IMG/VR virus record: IMGVR_UViG_3300021478_000015
Span: 32,001-96,000 of that record
Direction: 5' to 3' (one strand)
Length of the DNA stretch: 64,000 bases
Source of the DNA: a virus
The notes under the pieces are model-generated. The model made no database searches, was not told the origin of the DNA, and saw nothing but the letters and a program-made list of their open reading frames with translations. The position numbers and the translations under genes are program-made. This document shows, in pieces, positions 18,095-26,613 of the stretch (its first letter is position 1; the number at the start of each line of letters is the position of its first letter).

Positions 18095-18276
18095 CCCCGG
18101 TTCTCCTTGCGAAGCTCGGCCCGCCGCTCGGCGGCATCTTCCTCCTGGTCGGCCATCCAGGCATTGAACTGGTCCTGGGCCTCGATCGAGTCGGTGTCCA
18201 GGTCGGCTGGGGTGATCTCCTCGGCCCAGCGGGTGAAGGCCTCCTCGTAGGCCTCGTCGTAGGGGGATGCCCTCAT
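18088..18276 (-). CDS. Small acidic protein
   Basis: ATGA-coupled to the upstream leaderless gene. Confidence 0.55.
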   Translation of the reverse strand: MRASPYDEAYEEAFTRWAEEITPADLDTDSIEAQDQFNAWMADQEEDAAERRAELRKENRGW

Positions 18277-18584
18277 GACTGCACCTCCAGGTACGCCTCG
18301 ATGCTGGACAGGGACACCTTGTGGCCACGGGCGATCTGCTGACCGGCCTGGCGGCCTGAGTGGGCTAGGCCCCGGTAGGATTCACTGGCCGAGACGCGGC
18401 CCTGGGCATCGATGCTGAACTCCCAGAAGTTTGAGCCCTGAGGCATGTGGTTGGCGATGGTGACGTGGCGGTAGCTGCCGTAGAAGCGCTCCTCGACCAC
18501 AAAGTGGCGGCGGTAGGCGGCGGCGATGATGGCTTCGACCCGGCGCACTGACCGGGAGCGAACTGGTGTGGTGGTCTCAGGCAT
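18273..18584 (-). CDS. Hypothetical protein, leaderless
   Basis: ATG 7 nt after promoter copy 6; starts MPETTT. Confidence 0.65.
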   Translation of the reverse strand: MPETTTPVRSRSVRRVEAIIAAAYRRHFVVEERFYGSYRHVTIANHMPQGSNFWEFSIDAQGRVSASESYRGLAHSGRQAGQQIARGHKVSLSSIEAYLEVQS

Positions 18585-18591
18585 GACTGGT

Positions 18592-18623
18592 ACATTAGCA
18601 GATTCGCTTAGAGAGGGCAAGTC
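18592..18623 (-). promoter_or_regulatory. Repeated phage promoter, copy 6
   Basis: GAC TTGCCC tctctaagcgaatctgc TAATGT accagtc ATG. Confidence 0.88.
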
Positions 18624-18783
18624 AGTCCACCACCAGGAGCCAGAGCAGGTAGCCGACCGTGGCCCAGAACGTCAGGCACAGGACCAGCAGGAGTAGCAGG
18701 AATCCGAGGTCGAGCAGGTACTGCCGCCGCCGGACGCGGCTGACGATGCGTTGTGCCTCCCGGACCGGAGTGCGCCGCCTCAC
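18622..18783 (-). CDS. 53-aa membrane protein (not in ORF track)
   Basis: Own translation: basic N-terminus then LLDLGFLLLLLVLCLTFWATVGYLLWLLVVD*. Confidence 0.5.
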   Translation of the reverse strand: MRRRTPVREAQRIVSRVRRRQYLLDLGFLLLLLVLCLTFWATVGYLLWLLVVD

Positions 18784-18802
18784 CTGATCGAGCCTGGCAC
18801 AT

Positions 18803-19141
18803 TCAGGCGACCTTGACCTTTGCCTTTGTGCGCCTTCTCACTAGCAGGCTGCGATTGATCATCTCGGCTCGCATCTTCGGTCTCATCGGCTCACCGAAGC
18901 TGGAGATGGTGGTGTATTGCTCGGGATAGCGATAGTAGCGCTGGAATACCTTCATGTCGTTGCCGATGTAATCGAAGCGCTCGGTGGTGCAACGGGTGCA
19001 ACGAAGAGCCAGGCAAGCTTGGGCGGCTCGGAAGAGATCGCTGTTCACCTCGGCGGTGGGGTTGTCATCCCAGGAGTGTCCGATGGTTCGGCAGATGACA
19101 TAAGTATCCTGTAGATCCGAGATCTCCATACGGATTGCCAT
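18803..19141 (-). CDS. Zn-binding hypothetical protein
   Basis: CRTIGHSW...LRCTRC...Y.YP. Confidence 0.6.
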   Translation of the reverse strand: MAIRMEISDLQDTYVICRTIGHSWDDNPTAEVNSDLFRAAQACLALRCTRCTTERFDYIGNDMKVFQRYYRYPEQYTTISSFGEPMRPKMRAEMINRSLLVRRRTKAKVKVA

Positions 19142-19419
19142 CAGCGTTCCATCCTTTCAGCTAGCCACATATGACCATCCTGATCCTCCAACACAATAAA
19201 GGGCAACACCTTGAACTTTGGCGCGGTCGGTTTCGGAGGGTTGAACACCTCCACCGCCTGGCTGTTGTTAGTCGGCCGTGGAGGCATGCCTTTCTTACGC
19301 AACCGGCCGGTCTTACCTCCCCAGATGCCGTGCGCTTTTCGCATGTGATCGCCCCAGAGATAGACAGAGGCATAGCTTTTGCCGCAGTGTGGGCACTTCT
19401 CTTTGACTCCGGCCATCAC
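19141..19419 (-). CDS. C2H2 zinc-finger protein
   Basis: CPHC-x12-H-x4-H. Confidence 0.6.
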   Translation of the reverse strand: MMAGVKEKCPHCGKSYASVYLWGDHMRKAHGIWGGKTGRLRKKGMPPRPTNNSQAVEVFNPPKPTAPKFKVLPFIVLEDQDGHMWLAERMER

Positions 19420-20228
19420 ACCGGGCTTTCATCCACGATGGACAGGTCGCTGCGAACCTCGTCGCGCCACTCATCGATCTGATCGGAGGTGGGCTCATCG
19501 GGCTCGACCCGGCCACTGCCGTCGCAGGTGTCGCAGGCGATCTCCGCCTCGGAGTTCTCGGCCTCCTCGTCGTAGTCGGGGTTCTCGATCACGCCGGTCC
19601 CGCCGCACTCGGAGCACTCGTCTTCCTCGGGCTCGGGGAAGTCCGGGATGGTGGCGTTCTCGATCTCGTCCGCCCAGGAGTCCAGTTGCTCGGAGATGTC
19701 CCGAAGCTCCTGGGACTGCTCCGTCTCATGCTGGAAGCCGGACTCGATGTTGTCGGCCGACTCGCCCTTCTCCTGGGCGATCTCGCGCACTGCCTCGGCC
19801 GCCTCGTTGAGGGCTGTCTGGGCATCATCCTCGGATTCGGCCGAGTCGATGGCCTCGGAGAAGTTGTGGCTGACCTCGGCCAGGCGGGCGCTCAGGCTGG
19901 AGGAGTACTCCCAGACCTGCCAGGAGGGGCAGTTGGCGCAGCGGTACATGGTCCGGCCGCCGTAGGGGCCGGAGCGGGGGCTGATGTGCTTGTAGGGGCT
20001 GCCCACCGTGATCTCGACGCCGCAGGCATCGCACTTGCGATTGGGCAGAGGCTTGGTCTTGTCAGCTACCGTGACCGACAGGAACACCGGCCGACCGGTC
20101 TTGGTCTGCTTCTGCTGGCCGTTCTTACCCATGACCGGAGTCTGCTTCTGCTGACCCGTCTCAGGGTCGATGACAGGGACTTGCTCATACCGCTGTTGAG
20201 CGGCCTTGACGTGGGTGATGCGAGCCAT
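19416..20228 (-). CDS. Hypothetical protein with Zn ribbon, acidic helical region and DnaJ-type CxxCxGxG pair
   Basis: AAGGAG SD; CDACG..CANC; CSECGGTG..CDTCDGSG. Confidence 0.7.
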   Translation of the reverse strand: MARITHVKAAQQRYEQVPVIDPETGQQKQTPVMGKNGQQKQTKTGRPVFLSVTVADKTKPLPNRKCDACGVEITVGSPYKHISPRSGPYGGRTMYRCANCPSWQVWEYSSSLSARLAEVSHNFSEAIDSAESEDDAQTALNEAAEAVREIAQEKGESADNIESGFQHETEQSQELRDISEQLDSWADEIENATIPDFPEPEEDECSECGGTGVIENPDYDEEAENSEAEIACDTCDGSGRVEPDEPTSDQIDEWRDEVRSDLSIVDESPV

Positions 20229-20356
20229 GAAAAACTCCTTGTTGTGGTGGTTGTTCCCACCCTACACGAAAAGGTGGTGTGTTGGCAAGTCGGCTTAGAG
20301 AGACTCCGGGTCGAGAGGGTCCCTGTCCAGAGGGGATGCAGGACCCCGAAGGGGTG

Positions 20357-20629
20357 ATGAGGGATCGGCGCTACCGAGGAGGTGATCAGTCCTGGAAGAG
20401 AAAGGGTGCTTGCGCGGGTGACCCTCTAGCCACTGATTTGCTCTTCGCCACCGAACTCAAGGACCAGGCCGCCGCAGCCAAGCGGTGGTGCAGCGAGTGC
20501 CCGGTCCGGCGGGAATGCCTGGACTACGCCATCTCCCACCATGAGGTATTCGGGGTCTGGGGTGGAGTCATCGAGAGCAGACGGCGTAATCGGCGCTGGC
20601 AGACCAGCATGCGGAGCTTGGCCTCATGA
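20357..20629 (+). CDS. whiB: WhiB-family Fe-S transcription factor
   Basis: W...GAC..D...F, AKRWCSECPVRRECLDYA, GVWGG. Confidence 0.9.
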   Translation: MRDRRYRGGDQSWKRKGACAGDPLATDLLFATELKDQAAAAKRWCSECPVRRECLDYAISHHEVFGVWGGVIESRRRNRRWQTSMRSLAS

Positions 20630-21036
20630 CCCACCTCCGCCAGGCCTGGGCCAAGCTGGTGATGGCGGCCGAGGAGGTTTACTACCACGGCACGGCCAAG
20701 GTGCCGTCCTGGCATCCCACCGAGATCACCCCGCAGACCGGGCGCTACGGCAGGCCCACCTTCCCCCATGACACCGATCCGGACTACGCCTACGCCACCA
20801 AGGACCCCGAGGTGGCCTGGAACTACGCCGAGAAGGCCTGGCACAACACCACCGTGGGGCACCCCAGGGTGTTCAGGGTGAAGCCCCGAGGTCCCGTGGA
20901 GGATGATCCCCACCGGGATGAGCGCGGCGAGCTACGGGGCAACTGGGAGGGTGACATCCGCTCCCGGCACGGCTTCGACGTGGTGGGTGAGGAGCCCATG
21001 CCCGAGCACATGGGTGAACCGGAGGACTGGAAATGA
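20626..21036 (+). CDS. Arr-like ADP-ribosyltransferase
   Basis: YYHGT, YAYAT...A..YA, RVFRVKPRGPVEDDP, RS....VVGE follow the Arr (rifampin ART) motif order. Confidence 0.7.
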   Translation: MTHLRQAWAKLVMAAEEVYYHGTAKVPSWHPTEITPQTGRYGRPTFPHDTDPDYAYATKDPEVAWNYAEKAWHNTTVGHPRVFRVKPRGPVEDDPHRDERGELRGNWEGDIRSRHGFDVVGEEPMPEHMGEPEDWK

Positions 21037-22289
21037 ACCACCTCCGCCAGGCCTGGGGACGGCAGGTCGAGGCCTGGCGCGTCCCCGAGACCATCCGGGG
21101 ATATCCCCTGCCCGTTGGCGGCCAGTTCGCTCATACCCAGGACACCCTGGACCCCGACCTGTTCGACCACAACGAGAGGATGCATCCCTGGATCCGGGAC
21201 TCCCTCATTGACATCCTGGAGGCCTTCTGGCGGCCCCGCTACGGCGACTGGCACTCCTGGACCCGGATCTACCTGGCGGGCTCCCTGGCCAGCTACTGGT
21301 GGTCCACCTTGGACTTCGACACCCTGGTCGGCGTGGACACCCATCGCTTCGTCAGGGACCACCCTGAGTTCGGGGGCATGTCCGATCCCGAGATCTGCCA
21401 GGCCCTCACCCATGAGTTCATCCTGGAGCTTGACCCTCTGTTGAAGGATTGGAGCTTCCCGCCTGAGCCCAACCTGCACCGGCTCATGGACACCCTTAAT
21501 GGCCCGGATCCAACAGATGTGTATAAGTCGGTGCCTTACACATTGGTGACCGGTATTGGGCCGATGGAAATGACTTGGTACGTGAATCCTTCGGCCTATG
21601 ACATCCGGGTCATTAAGCCCTATGCCGCCTACGATGTCACCCAGGATCGCTGGGCTGTGCATCCTGACAAGATGTCTAAGACCTGGGGAGCCCATGCTCT
21701 GGGCAACGTCTTCTGGGAGCACTTGGCCGACGTGGCTGATCACATCAAGGCGGCCCTGGCCCTGCCGGAGCCCGAGCGCACCGCCCATTGTTTGTCCATC
21801 TACGACGCCATCCACGCTGCCCGTGGCAAGGCTTTCTCCCCGGCCGGGAAGGGCGTGACCGATCCCCGCTCTCTACAGTGGATCGTCCTCAATAGATGGG
21901 GTCTCCTTGGTCCCCTGGAGGTGGCTGCTCATCCTGGCCGGGAGATGGCTCACCTACCGCCCGCCCGAGCTTCCTCCTGGCGGGCTCTGGATCCCGGCTT
22001 TGAGGAGGGTGGTCACGGCTCCTGGCGTGAGCATCCGGCAGTGATCATTCCCGAGGGCGGTGCAGCCGGGCGTAAGCGGTATACCGTCCATGTCCATGGC
22101 AACCCGGTGGCCAGCCGGTCCACCCTGCGAGAGGCCAAGGAAGTGCTCGAAGCCGAGCACGGGCCGCTGCCCTGGAAGCGGGTCCGACCCAAGAAGCAAG
22201 AGGCCGAGCATTACTACTTCGGCCCCACCACCGAGTTCTCCGATCCGGGCGAGTATCACTACGTGGAGCATCTGCCGGAGAAAGAATGA
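21033..22289 (+). CDS. Pol-beta-superfamily nucleotidyltransferase-like protein with C-terminal extra module
   Basis: LDPDLF, LAGSLASY.W..LDFDTL (GS..DxD), YVN, AAYDV..DRW...P. Confidence 0.7.
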   Translation: MNHLRQAWGRQVEAWRVPETIRGYPLPVGGQFAHTQDTLDPDLFDHNERMHPWIRDSLIDILEAFWRPRYGDWHSWTRIYLAGSLASYWWSTLDFDTLVGVDTHRFVRDHPEFGGMSDPEICQALTHEFILELDPLLKDWSFPPEPNLHRLMDTLNGPDPTDVYKSVPYTLVTGIGPMEMTWYVNPSAYDIRVIKPYAAYDVTQDRWAVHPDKMSKTWGAHALGNVFWEHLADVADHIKAALALPEPERTAHCLSIYDAIHAARGKAFSPAGKGVTDPRSLQWIVLNRWGLLGPLEVAAHPGREMAHLPPARASSWRALDPGFEEGGHGSWREHPAVIIPEGGAAGRKRYTVHVHGNPVASRSTLREAKEVLEAEHGPLPWKRVRPKKQEAEHYYFGPTTEFSDPGEYHYVEHLPEKE

Positions 22290-22576
22290 CCGCTGAAGAT
22301 CCACCTCGACCGGAGCTTCGAGAGGTGAAGTGGATCTTCCCCAAGGATCTCGAAGATGGTCAAGCCATCTTTATTCATGTACAAGGGTTTGCTATATGTC
22401 CGTACTTCGACTATCACGGTGATGGACTCGGAAGCTTCGGTAGTCACTTCTATCAAGGAAGAGTCCAGCGAATCGTAGATGAGAATGGTGATCTCATCGC
22501 AGTACAGATAGGGATGTATGTAGTCCCTGATTTCCTACTCGATCATCCCAGAGTGACGGCGCTGATCGAGCAATGA
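22286..22576 (+). CDS. Hypothetical protein (AT-rich)
   Basis: ATGA-coupled ORF. Confidence 0.5.
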   Translation: MTAEDPPRPELREVKWIFPKDLEDGQAIFIHVQGFAICPYFDYHGDGLGSFGSHFYQGRVQRIVDENGDLIAVQIGMYVVPDFLLDHPRVTALIEQ

Positions 22577-22601
22577 ACCTTCAAGGCTGGAAGGGAAAGC
22601 T

Positions 22602-22889
22602 ATGCCCAGAGGAGTATGCTTCGTAACAGAACGTCATAAGGCCGGGATGCTATGGGTGACCGGAGACCCACCAAAGCCTGACGACGCGGTGCTGTACGCC
22701 GAGACTGAGAAGGCCTTCGAGTACGTGGACTGGCAGGTCCTGGTCATCTTCGAGAGCATCCACGGCGGGGACGTGGCCCACGCCGCCGAGCGCCTGGTCA
22801 AGCGTTACGGAGGCAAGACCGTGTCCTACTCGGTTGTCTTAGATCCGGAGGAGGCCGAGAGCCTGGTTGAGCAAGCACTCTTACATTAG
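22602..22889 (+). CDS. Hypothetical protein
   Basis: AAGGGA SD-like upstream; fills operon gap. Confidence 0.55.
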   Translation: MPRGVCFVTERHKAGMLWVTGDPPKPDDAVLYAETEKAFEYVDWQVLVIFESIHGGDVAHAAERLVKRYGGKTVSYSVVLDPEEAESLVEQALLH

Positions 22890-22898
22890 ACTCGGCTC

Positions 22899-23471
22899 AT
22901 GACCACCTGTGGGGCCGAGCATCCCACCAAGCCCGGCGTCTACTGCGATCGGCCCTTCGAGCCCGAGCACGATCCTCACCAGCGAGGTGAAGGAGGTCTG
23001 GCTGAGCGCTGGCCCAACCGGGCCTACGGGGCGTCCTTCACCGGGGTCCCTCCCACTCGGCAGGGCAAAGATGAGGCCATGCTGGGGCTGGTTCGCCGCG
23101 CCAGAACGGCTGATCATGCTCCTGATCCTGAGCGACCTTCTCTCTTTGATCCTGCGGCTGCCGCGGCGGCGCGAAGTGATGGGATCAATGCTGCTGATGA
23201 TCATGCTAATGAGATCTGGAAACAGGATGCGTATGAAGCCATACGAATCGTCTCTGGCAGGTTGGATGATTTCACCAGTGATGAGGTTTGGGAAGAGCTT
23301 CAAGGGACTTCGACTTGGACTCATGAACCGGCAGCATTGGGACCAGTGATGCTCAAAGCCTGCCGGGACGGCATCATCATTAAGACCGATGAACTTCGGA
23401 AAACCAAAATCCCGCGTCGGCACCGGGAACTCGTCGTCTGGAGATCTGCGCTAAGAATCCCTCAGGTCTGA
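22899..23471 (+). CDS. Hypothetical protein with putative winged-helix C-terminus
   Basis: N-terminal C..H..C..H; FTSDEVW...ALGPVM..A...GII...VWRS (paralogue of 4122..4376). Confidence 0.6.
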   Translation: MTTCGAEHPTKPGVYCDRPFEPEHDPHQRGEGGLAERWPNRAYGASFTGVPPTRQGKDEAMLGLVRRARTADHAPDPERPSLFDPAAAAAARSDGINAADDHANEIWKQDAYEAIRIVSGRLDDFTSDEVWEELQGTSTWTHEPAALGPVMLKACRDGIIIKTDELRKTKIPRRHRELVVWRSALRIPQV

Positions 23472-23520
23472 GCCTGTCCCCCTCATCCTCTGGCCCACGA
23501 AGGAGTGAAGTTACCCCTTC

Positions 23521-26500
23521 GTGAGGAGTGGCCGGATGACGTTGCAAGGCTTCGAGGTGCAGGCGGCCAAGCCGAAAGGCGAGCGCGCCAGCGAGGATGA
23601 ACCGGCTCAGCAGCCCATCCGGCCGGGGGAGAAATCCCCTGCTGACCGGCGCAATCTGACCAACGACGAGCGCACCGTCAAGCGCCGCCGTCGCCGCGTC
23701 CACGCTGCCTACAGCGCGCCGGGCTACTACTTGGTGGACAAGGACGCCACCCCGCAGTCGGAGCGCTTCGAGACGGTGAGCGAGGCCGAGGCTCAGCTAG
23801 AGCCCGACTCCGGGCAACTGATCCAGTACCTGGACCAGGCCCCTAACTCCTCCCACGTCGCTGAGCCCTTCCCGCCCAACCTCAACCAAGTCAATGGGAG
23901 CCTCCGGATGTCCGCACACACTGACGACGAGTTCCTGTTCGTGGCCGCCGACGCCGATGGCGACAGCGACGAGGACATGGACACCCAGGACGAGGGGATG
24001 GACGACAAGACCGCGGCTCTCTCCGACGATCGCATCAACGACGCTTACGAGCGCCACCTGCAGTGGTCCAAGGCCAACGGCCACAACGACCCCGACACCG
24101 TGTCGGCCCTGCGCGCCCATGAGCGCTCCGGGGGCATCACTCGGGCCGAGGCCAATGGCGTGGCAGACCTGCAGGGCATCGGCGGAGGCGACAGTGACTG
24201 GCGCAGCCAGGGGCATCGAGACGAGCCCTGGCCGGTCAAGGAAGGTCAGCTACTGGCGGCCATGGCCAAGGCCACCGGGCCGGAGCAGCAGCGCCTCATG
24301 GGCGAACTGGAGGGCCTCCGGCGCGAAGCCCGGCAGAAGGTCCTGGCTGACCGGGAGATCGACCTGGCCGACGCCTACATCCATGACACCTTGACCCCGG
24401 TCCGGGTCCATGAGCACCACACCGCCGCCACCGACTGGATCGAGGATGTAGCCGAGCCCGACCTCTCCGCCCAGGCCGTCCACCAGGCCATGGTGGTCGA
24501 GGCCCAGGAGTGGCGGAGGAGCGTCTCTGCCGCGGTCAGGCAGGATCGGGAGGAGTACCTGGAGCAGGCTCGCGGCCGAGCCCGGATCACCGCCTCGGCC
24601 ATGGGACCGCACCGGGAGATGGCCTTCCAGACCTTCATGCGGACCGCTGTCGAGGAGGACCAGGACCAGCAAGGCCCGGCCTCCATGATCCAGCCCTGGG
24701 CTATGCCACCCATGCCGCTGCCTCCGACCGGTGGCGGTGATGCCCCCTTCGGCATCCCCTCCGGCAATGCTCCGCTCAACGGCCAGAACTTCAACCCCAT
24801 GGCCACCGAGGTCTACCCCGGATCGCAGATACTGCCCCTCGACAACGGGGCCAGTGCCTGGCCACCGGCTGACAACCTCGAAGGCGAAGAGCCCCTGCCG
24901 CCGGTCGCCCCTGACAACTACAACGCGGTGGGGGCCGAGACCCATATGTCGTCCCGGCGTGAGGCCGCCAGTGACTATTCACCCAGGTCTGGCATGGGTG
25001 GTCGAGGAGGAGACAAGCCGTTCAAGGCCACCCACACCTATTCCCCCATCGGTTGGGACGCCTTCGACGCCCGGCCCCATCCCGGCTCCAAGTCCATTAC
25101 CCCCGGCGTGCCGGTCCAGAATCACGGCTACATGAGCCCCCGAGGCCCCGGTGGCATGCGCCTGGTCCACGTCTCGGATGAGTCCGGCAATCACCAGACC
25201 ATCGACAGCCGTAGCCTGGGCAAGCTCAGCCGTGGAGACGACGCCTTCGATCGTGAACAGGACCAGGACATCCTGGAGCGCAACGAGGAGCGCCGTCAGC
25301 CCTACGACTGGGATCCCCAGCGTCGGGAATCCGGGGGATCAATCTTCGAGAGTAACCGTCGTCAGGCCGGGTACAGCGATGAGTTCCCCCATCGGCGGCA
25401 CATGGAAACCCAGCATCCGGGTTATTCAGGTGATGATGGTGGGGATCCCGAGGCCGCCCATCGTCAACTCCACGGTGGGGACTGGTCCACCCCGGCCACT
25501 GATGGCGACAGCATCATGTCTGCCCATCCGGACCTGGCCGAGCATGAGAAGTACCCCGGCCTCTACGACCTCTCGACCGACCTGGGACGGCGGTTCCTGT
25601 CATCACAGAACTTCAACGGCCCCAAGCAGACCTACCAGGAGTACGTGTCCCGGCTCTCCGAGGGCTCCACCCCCATGGATCAGGAGCATTGGGCTGGGTC
25701 CATGGCCGCCGTGACCCCGGCCCCGTCGAACACCTCGATCCCGGTCACCTCCATGATGCGCTGGGGTGAGCGTGGCACGAACCCTGACCCCACCGGGGCC
25801 GACCTGGCCGGTAACCCCATGGCCGGGTATCCCGAGGGTGGTAACTGGGACAAGGACGAGGCCCACGCCCAGTCCGGCGAGGCCCAGTCCAACTTGCCGC
25901 TGGCTCCCGAGGGTCCCATGGTGGCCGAGCACTTGGACTACATCACCGACTTCCCCGATACCGGCCCGGCAGAAGTGCCATCGGATCGGGCCTGGAACAT
26001 CGATGCCAACCAAAGTGCAGCAGGCCACGATTCCGGCGTGACTCACGGTGCCGCGGCGTCCACCTACGACACTTACCACGACACTCCTTACGACGATGAC
26101 ACGCTCGGTGAGAGCCAGTACATGAGCGAGGTCCCTCATGACTTCGAGTCCGGCGGGGGATCCCAGTACTGCAGGCACTGCGGTGAGGCCCGTCGCCACC
26201 CTATGCACGTTTACGCGGCCCGGATGGCGGCCGGGAAGCCACCGCTGGAGCCCGACCGCTCGAACTACGCCACCACCCCCGGCGGGGAAGCTCAGTCCAC
26301 CGAGCAGTACGAGCAGGCCTACTCCTCGGGTCGCAACATCGACTACTCCGAAACTGGCATCGGCCAGCTAGGCACCGTGCCGGTCCAGGGCTACGGGGTG
26401 ACTCCCAACGGCGAGATGTTCCCCTGGCAGGTACCCCCTGGACCTGGCCCGGTGGGAGCCGCCGACGTGGCTGACGTACCGCCCCCAGGGGCCGGACAGG

Positions 26501-26613
26501 TCGGAGCGGCTCAGCCCACTGATCTCAACAACCCGGAGGCTCCTGAGGGCAAGCAGGCCGCTCTCAGGGCCATGCAGAGACGCATCCGTCACAACATGGG
26601 AGCACGGCGATGA
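23521..26613 (+). CDS. 1030-aa modular, low-complexity head-region protein
   Basis: Long ORF with GC-rich codon usage in the operon leading to the portal; acidic and Pro-rich linkers. Confidence 0.75.
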   Translation: MRSGRMTLQGFEVQAAKPKGERASEDEPAQQPIRPGEKSPADRRNLTNDERTVKRRRRRVHAAYSAPGYYLVDKDATPQSERFETVSEAEAQLEPDSGQLIQYLDQAPNSSHVAEPFPPNLNQVNGSLRMSAHTDDEFLFVAADADGDSDEDMDTQDEGMDDKTAALSDDRINDAYERHLQWSKANGHNDPDTVSALRAHERSGGITRAEANGVADLQGIGGGDSDWRSQGHRDEPWPVKEGQLLAAMAKATGPEQQRLMGELEGLRREARQKVLADREIDLADAYIHDTLTPVRVHEHHTAATDWIEDVAEPDLSAQAVHQAMVVEAQEWRRSVSAAVRQDREEYLEQARGRARITASAMGPHREMAFQTFMRTAVEEDQDQQGPASMIQPWAMPPMPLPPTGGGDAPFGIPSGNAPLNGQNFNPMATEVYPGSQILPLDNGASAWPPADNLEGEEPLPPVAPDNYNAVGAETHMSSRREAASDYSPRSGMGGRGGDKPFKATHTYSPIGWDAFDARPHPGSKSITPGVPVQNHGYMSPRGPGGMRLVHVSDESGNHQTIDSRSLGKLSRGDDAFDREQDQDILERNEERRQPYDWDPQRRESGGSIFESNRRQAGYSDEFPHRRHMETQHPGYSGDDGGDPEAAHRQLHGGDWSTPATDGDSIMSAHPDLAEHEKYPGLYDLSTDLGRRFLSSQNFNGPKQTYQEYVSRLSEGSTPMDQEHWAGSMAAVTPAPSNTSIPVTSMMRWGERGTNPDPTGADLAGNPMAGYPEGGNWDKDEAHAQSGEAQSNLPLAPEGPMVAEHLDYITDFPDTGPAEVPSDRAWNIDANQSAAGHDSGVTHGAAASTYDTYHDTPYDDDTLGESQYMSEVPHDFESGGGSQYCRHCGEARRHPMHVYAARMAAGKPPLEPDRSNYATTPGGEAQSTEQYEQAYSSGRNIDYSETGIGQLGTVPVQGYGVTPNGEMFPWQVPPGPGPVGAADVADVPPPGAGQVGAAQPTDLNNPEAPEGKQAALRAMQRRIRHNMGARR

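Noticed and set aside
20626-21036. Calling this a bona fide rifampin resistance gene (arr)
   Set aside because: Only the core ART motifs match; context suggests another substrate, so no gene symbol was assigned
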